A stretch of 64,000 nucleotides of DNA from positions 34,424-98,423 of the forward strand of contig NIVC01002554.1 in assembly GCA_002269645.1 (NCBI GenBank), written 5' to 3'. Origin of the DNA: Macrostomum lignano (lineage: Eukaryota). Both the position numbers and the translations under genes were made by a program. Position 1 is the stretch's first letter; each line of letters starts with the position of its first letter. The notes under the pieces were generated by a model. That model saw only the letters and a list, made by a program, of their open reading frames with translations, had not been told where the DNA came from and did not search any database. Shown one piece after another: positions 55,791-64,000 of the stretch.

Positions 55791-55839
55791 TGTCTTGGCG
55801 TTAAAAAGCTTTAATTAAAAAAAACTCTTCTCTCTAAAA

Positions 55840-55900
55840 ATTCGAACCATCGTCCCTGCATTTAGCAGTTTAGTCTGTTTACCTCTAGGCTAGCTCTCAT
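55840..55900 (-). other. tRNA-derived Pol III head, copy 2
   Basis: Reverse complement ATGAGAGCTAGCCTAGAGGTAAACAGACTAAACTGCTAAATGCAGGGACGATGGTTCGAAT. Confidence 0.65.
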
Positions 55901-56204
55901 GAATTTTAGTCATTACCCCTAAATAGAAAATATTCCCAAGACAGCAAGCATCCCCCAGTAGCAAGCATCCCCTTATACTCCTAGCAAGCATCCACCCAGA
56001 TAGCAAGCATCTGCAGATAGCAAGCATCTGCAGATAGCAAGCATCTTGCAGATAGCAAGCATCTTGCAGATAGCAAGCATACCCCAAATAATGTAGAAGC
56101 ATCCTTCCAGATAGCAAGCATCCTGCACATAGCAAGAATCCCTAAATAGCAAGCATCCCTGGATAGAAATAATCCTATACATGTAGCCAAGCTTATCAAG
56201 CGCA

Positions 56205-59200
56205 GTAATCCTTGGCTATCGAGTGCAGTAATCCTTGGTTTATTAATAGCAATAATCCATGGCTTATCGAGTGCAGTAATTCTTGGTTTGCCAAGTGCAG
56301 TAAGTAATCCTTGGTTTATTAATAGCAATAATCCATGGCTTATGAGTGCAGTAATCCTTGGTTTATTAATAGCAATAATCCTTGGCTTATCGAGTGCAGT
56401 AATTCATGGTTTATTAATAGCAATAATCCTTGGCTTATCGAGTGCAGTAATCCTTGGTTTATTAATAGCAATAATCCTTGGCTTATCGAGTGCAGTAATC
56501 CTTGGTTTATTAATAGCAATAATCCTTGGCTTATCGAGTGCAGTAATCCTTGGTTTATTAATAGCAATAATCCTTGATTAATCAAGTGCAGTAATCCTTG
56601 GTTTGCCAAGAGCAATAGTCCTTGGTTTATTGAGTGCAGTAATCCTTGGTTTATTAATAGCAATAATCCTTGGCTTATCGAGTGCAGTAATCCTTGGTTT
56701 GCCAAGTGCATAATCCTTGGTTTATTAATAGCAATAATCCTTGGTTTATTATATGATTGTTTACATGACGCTTCTATGATTTTTTACATGACGCTTCTAT
56801 GATTGTTTACATGACGCTTCTATTTTTGTTTACATGACGCTTCTATGATTGTTTACATGACGCTTTTATGATTGTTTACATGACGCTTCTATGATTTTTA
56901 CATGACGCTTCTATGATTTTTTCATGACGCTTCTATGATTGTTTACATGACGCTTCTATGATTGTTTACATGACGCTTGTATGATTGTTTACATGACGCT
57001 TCTATGATTTTTTATGACGCTTTTATGATTTTAACATGACGCTTCTATGATTTTTTACATGACGCTTCTATGATTGTTTACATGACGCTTGTATGATTGT
57101 TTACATGACGCTTGTGTGATTTTAACATGACGCTTCTATGATTGTTTGCATGACGCTTCTATGATTTTTTATGACGCTTTTATGATTTTACATGACGCTT
57201 TTATGATTTTAACATGACGCTTCTATGATTGTTTACATGACGCTTCTATGATTTTTACATGACGCTTCTATGATTTTTACATGACGCTTCTATGATTTTT
57301 ACATGACGCTTCTATGATTGTTTACATGACGGTTGTATGATTGTTTACATGACGCTTCCATAATTTTTTTTGTCTTGGCGTTAAAAAGCTTTAATTAAAA
57401 AAAACTCTTCTCTCTAAAAATTCGAACCATCGTCCCTGCATTTAGCAGTTTAGTCTGTTTACCTCTAGGCTAGCTCTCATGAATTTTAGTCATTACCCCT
57501 AAATAGAAAATATTCCCAAGACAGCAAGCATCCCCCCAGTAGCAAGCATCCCCTTATACTCCTAGCAAGCATCCACCCAGATAGCAAGCATCTGCAGATA
57601 GCAAGCATCTGCAGATAGCAAGCATCTTGCAGATAGCAAGCATCTTGCAGATAGCAAGCATCTTGCAGATAGCAAGCATACCCCAAATAATGTAGAAGCA
57701 TCCTTCCAGATAGCAAGCATCCTGCACATAGCAAGAATCCCTAAATAGCAAGCATCCCTGGATAGAAATAATCCTATACATGTAGCCAAGCTTATCAAGC
57801 GCAGTAATCCTTGGCTATCGAGTGCAGTAATCCTTGGTTTATTAATAGCAATAATCCATGGCTTATCGAGTGCAGTAATTCTTGGTTTGCCAAGTGCAGT
57901 AAGTAATCCTTGGTTTATTAATAGCAATAATCCATGGCTTATGAGTGCAGTAATCCTTGGTTTATTAATAGCAATAATCCTTGGCTTATCGAGTGCAGTA
58001 ATTCATGGTTTATTAATAGCAATAATCCTTGGCTTATCGAGTGCAGTAATCCTTGGTTTATTAATAGCAATAATCCTTGGCTTATCGAGTGCAGTAATCC
58101 TTGGTTTATTAATAGCAATAATCCTTGGCTTATCGAGTGCAGTAATCCTTGGTTTATTAATAGCAATAATCCTTGATTAATCAAGTGCAGTAATCCTTGG
58201 TTTGCCAAGAGCAATAGTCCTTGGTTTATTGAGTGCAGTAATCCTTGGTTTATTAATAGCAATAATCCTTGGCTTATCGAGTGCAGTAATCCTTGGTTTG
58301 CCAAGTGCATAATCCTTGGTTTATTAATAGCAATAATCCTTGGTTTATCGAGTGCAGTAATCCTTGGTTTATTAATAGCAATAATCCTTGGCTTATCGAG
58401 TGCAGTAATCCTTAGTTTGCCAAGAGCAATAGTTCTTGGTTTATTGAGTGCAGTAATCCTTGGTTTATTAATAGCAATAATCCTTGGCTTATCGAGTGCA
58501 GTAATCCTTGGTTTGCCAAGTGCATAATCCTTGGTTTATTAATAGCAATAATCCTTGGTTTATCGAGTGCAGTAATCCTTGGTTTATTAATAGCAATAAT
58601 CCTTGGTTTATTAATAGCAATAATCCTTGGCTTATCGAGTGCAGTAATCCTTGGTTTGCCAAGAGCAATAGTCCTTGGCTTATCGAGTGCAGTAATCCTT
58701 GGTTTGCCAAGAGCAATAGTCCTTGGTTTATTGAGTGCAGTAATCCTTGGTTTATTAATAGCAATAGTCCTTGGTTTATTGAGTGCAGTAATCCTTGGTT
58801 TATTAATAGCAATAATCCTTGGCTTATCGAGTGCAGTAATCCTTGGTTTGCCAAGTGCATAATCCTTGGTTTATTAATAGCAATAATCCTTGGTTTATCG
58901 AGTGCAGTAATCCTTGGTTTATTAATAGCAATAATCCTTGGCTTATCGAGTGCAGTAATCCTTGGTTTATTAATAGCAATAATCCTTGGCTTATCGAGTG
59001 CAGTAATCCTTGGTTTATTAATAGCAATAATCCTTGGCTTATCGAGTGCAGTAATCCTTGGTTTATTAATAGCAATAATCCTTGATTAATCAAGTGCAGT
59101 AATCCTTGGTTTGCCAAGAGCAATAGTCCTTGGTTTATTGAGTGCAGTAATCCTTGGTTTATTAATAGCAATAATCCTTGGCTTATCGAGTGCAGTAATC

Positions 59201-59510
59201 CTTGGTTTATTAATAGCAATAATCCTTGGCTTATCGAGTGCAGTAATCCTTGGTTTATTAATAGCAATAATCCATGGCTTATCGAGTGCAGTAATCCTTG
59301 GTTTGCCAAGAGCAATAGTCCTTGGCTTATCGAGTGCAGTAATCCTTGGTTTGCCAAGAGCAATAGTCCTTGGTTTATTGAGTGCAGTAATCCTTGGTTT
59401 ATTAATAGCAATAGTCCTTGGTTTATTAATAGCAATAATCCTTGGCTTATCGAGTGCAGTATTCCTTGGTTTGCCAAGAGCAATAATCCTTAGCTTATCG
59501 AGTGCAGTAA
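56205..59510. repeat. 48-bp dimeric minisatellite (GAGTGCAGTAATCCTTGGTTTATT + AATAGCAATAATCCTTGGCTTATC), blocks 56205-56750 and 57805-59510; ~18-bp AGCAAGCATC repeats at 55945-56165 and 57525-57765
   Basis: Direct reading; the 16-aa periodicity of the spurious ORFs confirms the 48-bp unit. Confidence 0.93.
57420..57480 (-). other. tRNA-derived Pol III head, copy 3 (within the 1.6-kb duplication)
   Basis: Identical to copy 2. Confidence 0.65.
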
Positions 59511-59586
59511 TCTAAGTGTTTTTATTTAGTCCTTTAATAAAAGCTTTTAATAAAAAATTTTACACTACTACTTTTAAACTACTTAG

Positions 59587-59648
59587 ATTCGAACCCAGGT
59601 CGCTGCATTAGCAGTCTGGTCTGCTCAGCTCTAGGCTAGCTCTCATCG
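59587..59648 (-). other. tRNA-derived Pol III head, copy 4
   Basis: Reverse complement CGATGAGAGCTAGCCTAGAGCTGAGCAGACCAGACTGCTAATGCAGCGACCTGGGTTCGAAT. Confidence 0.65.
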
Positions 59649-59979
59649 AAGTTATCAGTGAATTTGTACCACTTATATAATTCAACACTCACACCAAGTC
59701 AGGTAGAGTAAAAAGTCACGCGAAGCAGTTATGACATAATCAATTTCTTAGGCAAGTCAGTACCAGTGTCTATGAAAGCTAACAATATGGTTACGTAATA
59801 TAAATTCAGTACTGCACTATACTTTCACACTCAAAGCTGTGACGCAATTCAATTGAGTGTCAAATTCAGCCAGTACACAGACGATAAATAAAGTGTATTG
59901 TGATGCAATCTATTTCAGAATCAGAATTCAACCAGTCAGTTTTTTCTCTAGCATTTTTACAGTGCGTTTCAAGTCGAAA

Positions 59980-60155
59980 TAATCCCTTTAGCATCGAGCA
60001 ATTTCTTAGCCACGATGCATGTACCGTCACGGAAAAATTTCTGATCGAATGGTGCAAGTTTGAACAAAATCGGTTGAGCCATTTTTGCTAAAATCGATCA
60101 CACACACACACATACACACACACACATACCAACAGACCATTTTTAGTATATGGAC
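59980..60155 (+). mobile_element. HINE/DINE-like non-autonomous Helitron-type 3' fragment
   Basis: AAGTTTGAACAAAATCGGTTGAGCC, then a (CA)n tract, then TTTTAGTATAT. Confidence 0.4.
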
Positions 60156-60470
60156 ATTGTTATTTGAAAAAGAAACTCGCCATTAACTTAAATGAAATTA
60201 AACGAAATGAATAGCAAAAAACAAACGAACAACAAAAAACGCTCCAACATTACAACAGACTTGATGACTAAAAATGTGACACACCATCACCAGAGTACTG
60301 AGTTAACGAAAAAGTAGGAACAAAGGGAAAACGAAACTCAAAAAAAATCCAATCAGCGCTAAGGAGCTCAAAAGGTAAGATTGAAAGGGAGTGAAAATTA
60401 CTGCGAACTAAAACTAAACAGAAACTCGAAACAACGATTAGAACAGTCATTGAAAGTCAGTTACTTAAGT

Positions 60471-63400
60471 TCATTCAGTTTTCACAGCTTCCAGCAAAAT
60501 TAGGTTCTCCACCGGTCGGCGAATCAAGCATCTCCTGGGACCGCGGCCAGGTCTGGGCGCGACTCGAACCGTTGCAGATCTCACCGCCCCGTCTCGGCCA
60601 GGATGCACCGACTCGATGACACCGGTACACCAGGTAAGCCTCGGCTGCCCGGCCTCACCTTTCACCAGGACGATGTCGCCGGCCGTAGCTTCTCGAGTTA
60701 CGCCATGCTTGGGACTTAGATTATGTTCTCGCAGGCTGGTCAGATACTGTCGCTCCCAGCAGTCCCAGAAGGCTTGCAGTCTGGCGCGCATTCGCCTCAG
60801 CAGTGTTGGCAACGGCAGCAGGAGCTCGGGCGTACCGCTAGAAGTTGGCTCCGCCGTCAGCCGTTGCAGGACCAGAAAGTGCGCCGGCGTCAGGACTTCT
60901 CCGTTGGTTTCGGCATCCACGTAGAGTAGAGGCCGACTGTTGAGCACCGCTTCCACCTCCATTAGCACTGTCCGCAGTTCGTCCAGCGTCAGGGTTGCGT
61001 TGAGGATGGTCTTGCGCAAAGCCAGCTTGATGTCCCTCATCAGTCGCTCCCAGAAGCCTCCTTGCCACGGTGCGCGTTCGACGATGAATTGCCAGGTGAT
61101 TTTCCTGGTGGCGCAGAAGTCTTGAACTTGTCGACTCTCCGACGCCTGAAGTATTTTGGCAGCCTTGGTGAATGTCTTGGCGTTGTCACTGATGAGATTG
61201 GGAATTCCTCTCCGAGCACAGAACCGTCGGAGGGCTTGCAGGAAGGTCTCGGTCGTCAAGTCGCTCACCAGTTCCAGGTGAAGGGCTCGCGTGGCCGCAC
61301 AGGTGAAAACCAGGATATAGCCTTTCTCGATCTCTGTGTCCTCCATCAGTTTGACAGGTTCGCAGTAGTCGAGTCCGCACCACTCAAAGGCTCTCCCAGA
61401 CTTCACGCGTGCTTCAGGTAAGGCTGGGATTTGCTTCACTGCATATGGTAGTCCTTGAAGACGTCTGCAGACAAAGCAACTTCTCAGGATCGACTTGACT
61501 CGCTGTCTTCCTCTGATTAGCCAGAATCTCTCTCGCAGCTTACAAAGAGTGCTGGGCACCCCCCCCCCGTGCAGAACCTTGGCGTGAGCGTCCCAGATGA
61601 GAAGAAGCTCCAGGTGTGACTTGCTCGGGATCAGAATCGGACAGTCAACCTCGGCAGAGGCGTTGGACTCCTTCAATCGACCTTGGCTTCGGAGAATACT
61701 CTTGTTGTCGAGAAAACGATTCAACTGCCTGCTGAGATCTGTACTGGCCGCTGACTCCTGAATGTGAGCAATTTCGGCTTGAAAACTCCGTCTCTGCACT
61801 TCTCGCAGCCAGCGCTCTTCAGCTTCAAGGACTTCTGCTGCAGCCAGTGGTCCCACTCGCTCCTCCCCCGCTGCAGAAGTTCTAGCTTGCAGGTTTCTGA
61901 CGAAGCGTAGGACATAGGCTGTCACCCGAATCAGCTTGATCCAGGATGAGAAGTTCGTGTCATTGAGAACTTCCTGTAGACTGATGTCAGGACCGGCTTC
62001 AGTTAGCAGAACAACTGGACGGTTCGCTTGTGTCTTCTGCTCCTCGGCAACTGCCGCTGTCGGTAAGCTGAGAAAGGATTGGTCGGGCCAATCGTCAGGA
62101 GGTCGTGCCAGCCATTCTGGACCGTGCCACCAGCTGTCGTCCGCCTTCAACTTGCTCGCTGATGTTCCTCGAGATGCAACGTCCGCCGGATTCTCCTCGC
62201 CTGGGACATGTCTCCAGGCATCCTCTGGCACCAGGCGGCGGATCTCCGTCACCCGATTATGAACAAAGAGCTTCCAGGGTCTGTGCTGCCGGATCCAGTA
62301 GAGCGTGTCGGCACTGTCTGTCCAGCAAAACACCTGGCGAACCTGAGGATACTGACTCATGGATGATGTCAACAGTCTGGCGAGTATCAAGGCACCCAGG
62401 AGTTCGAGCCGAGGAATTGAAAGAACCGACAGTGGAGCCACTCTCGCCTTGGCGGCCACCAGGTTGCAGCTGACGGAACCATCGGTGTACTGCACTCGCA
62501 GGTAAAGACACGCCGCATAGAATTTGACTGACGCATCACAGAACCCATGCAGCTGTATCTCCTCGACCTCCTTCGTCGCCGAAAGCACCAACCTTGGAAC
62601 TTGAAATCGACCTGCCAGCATCTCCTGCAACCACTTCAGCCACTGCTGCTTAATCGGCTCCTTTAGCGGGCAGTCCCAAGCGATCTTTTCAACGCACAGC
62701 TTCTGGAACATCGATTTCGGCAACGTAAGCAGCGGAACCAGGAAGCCCAGAGGATCGTAGACACGGGCCAGCAGCTGTAGCACGACACGCTTGGAGGGCG
62801 ACGCCTTGAGCAAATCTTCTGGCGGAGAAAACTGCAGCACGAACACGTCCGATCCTGTCTCCCATCGCAGCCCGAGGACTTTTGACGATACGCCATCTTC
62901 GCCCAAGGAGGCGGCTGAATAGCTGGAGGGGTCCTCCGTTATGTCCTTTGTCACCGCCGACAACGCCGGAGCAAGAACATCACTGTCAAGTGTGCTGGCG
63001 CGAACCGCTTTCAATACATTCTTGCTGTTGGACTGCCAGTGTCGCAGATTCATTCCAGCCTGTTGGAATATGTGCCGGGATTTTTGGATGAGATCCAGGG
63101 CCTGCTGTTCATCCACGCACCCAGAGATCAGGTTGTCCACATAGATTTCTTTGGACACCTTATCCACGAACTCTGCATGCGGGCCTCGGTGAGATGCCAA
63201 GTGGTGTTGAATGACAGTCTCCAGGACGGCAGGTGAGCAGGTGAGTTCGAACACCAGAGCAGCGTAGCGCAGAACAACGAGAGGTGAATCAGCTTGACTG
63301 GGATCCCGTGGCCAGAGGAATCGTAGAGCATCGCGGTCGTCTTCTGCAATTCGGATCTGCAAAAAAGCCTTCTCAATATCGGCAGTCAAGGCGATCGGAT

Positions 63401-64000
63401 GAAGTCGAAATGCCTGAAGCAGTCGCGGAATCTCGGCAACGAACAGGTTCCTGTTTCCAGACAGTCATTCAGCGATGGACTGCACTGATCTCGCTTGGCA
63501 CTCGCGTCGAAAACCACTCGAACTTTGGTCGATTCAGCTTCAGGACGGATTACGGCTCGTGGGGTAGGTAGTGATGAGATCGCTGGTCCCATCTGGAGCT
63601 TCTTCGACTACGCCAGCTTCCTTCTGACTGGTCAGAATGCGGTGGTACTCCTGAAGTAGCGCAGGCTCACGACGCAGCCTCGTCAGATTGGTCTTTAGTC
63701 TCTTGAACGCTACTCGAAGTTGTCGGGCAATCTTAATTCCTTTTTGGGAATCTTCCACGGCACTGAACTGAGTAGCGACCCTCTTGGAACTGGCATTCAG
63801 AGTCAGTGGACGCTGATCAGGCTCGGCTGCACTTCTGATGCCGAGACTTCTAAAGTCCAGAACGCCTCGATGGTGCTGCTGTCCAGACCTTTCTCCGTTC
63901 CTTGAGCACAGCAAGAAGAACCTGCTCTGACCTGGTCTCTAGCTCACTTGCGGCGAACCATCTGACAGTGACCCGCACAGCAACCAACCGAGCTGACTGG
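60471..64000 (-). mobile_element. BEL/Pao LTR retrotransposon polyprotein (RT-RNase H-integrase), runs off the window end; frameshifts near 63440 and 63570
   Basis: KVRVVFDASAK, TADIEKAFLQI..LRFLW, YVDN, LHGFCDAS..YAACLY, APLSVLSIPRLELLGA, integrase H-H-C-C and D,D,E motifs (GLDY, ISDNAKTF, WERL), RPVENLILLE*; 972-aa open frame. Confidence 0.95.

Overview
Eukaryotic (invertebrate animal) genomic DNA with GT-AG introns, GC-rich coding exons and a very heavy tandem-repeat load. The style, with minisatellite-filled introns and TTAGGG repeats, suggests a free-living flatworm such as Macrostomum; this is inference only. Gene models assembled by hand with consistent splice phases: a terminal exon at 42-136; an unidentified gene of at least 4 exons (2220-5159,+); a complete 6-exon WS/DGAT O-acyltransferase (6187-21340,-) whose intron 4 holds an ~11.4-kb 46-bp minisatellite; actin with twin CArG boxes (25136-26368,+); an intronless cytosolic sulfotransferase (27245-28129,+); a divergent proteasome beta5 (30357-31456,-, first exon unresolved); ceramide synthase CerS1 (43972-46872,+, one frameshift in exon 1); and a C6orf89-like type II membrane cupin protein (50360-52253,+). 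Mobile DNA: a near-intact BEL/Pao pol, a fragmented Penelope-like element with a hammerhead-like motif, an APE non-LTR fragment and several TIR MITEs, one nested inside a hAT TIR. The least-explained structure is a composite repeat family: tRNA-like Pol III heads, each followed by different minisatellite expansions, with an interstitial telomeric tract in one locus. No CRISPR array or prokaryotic system is present.
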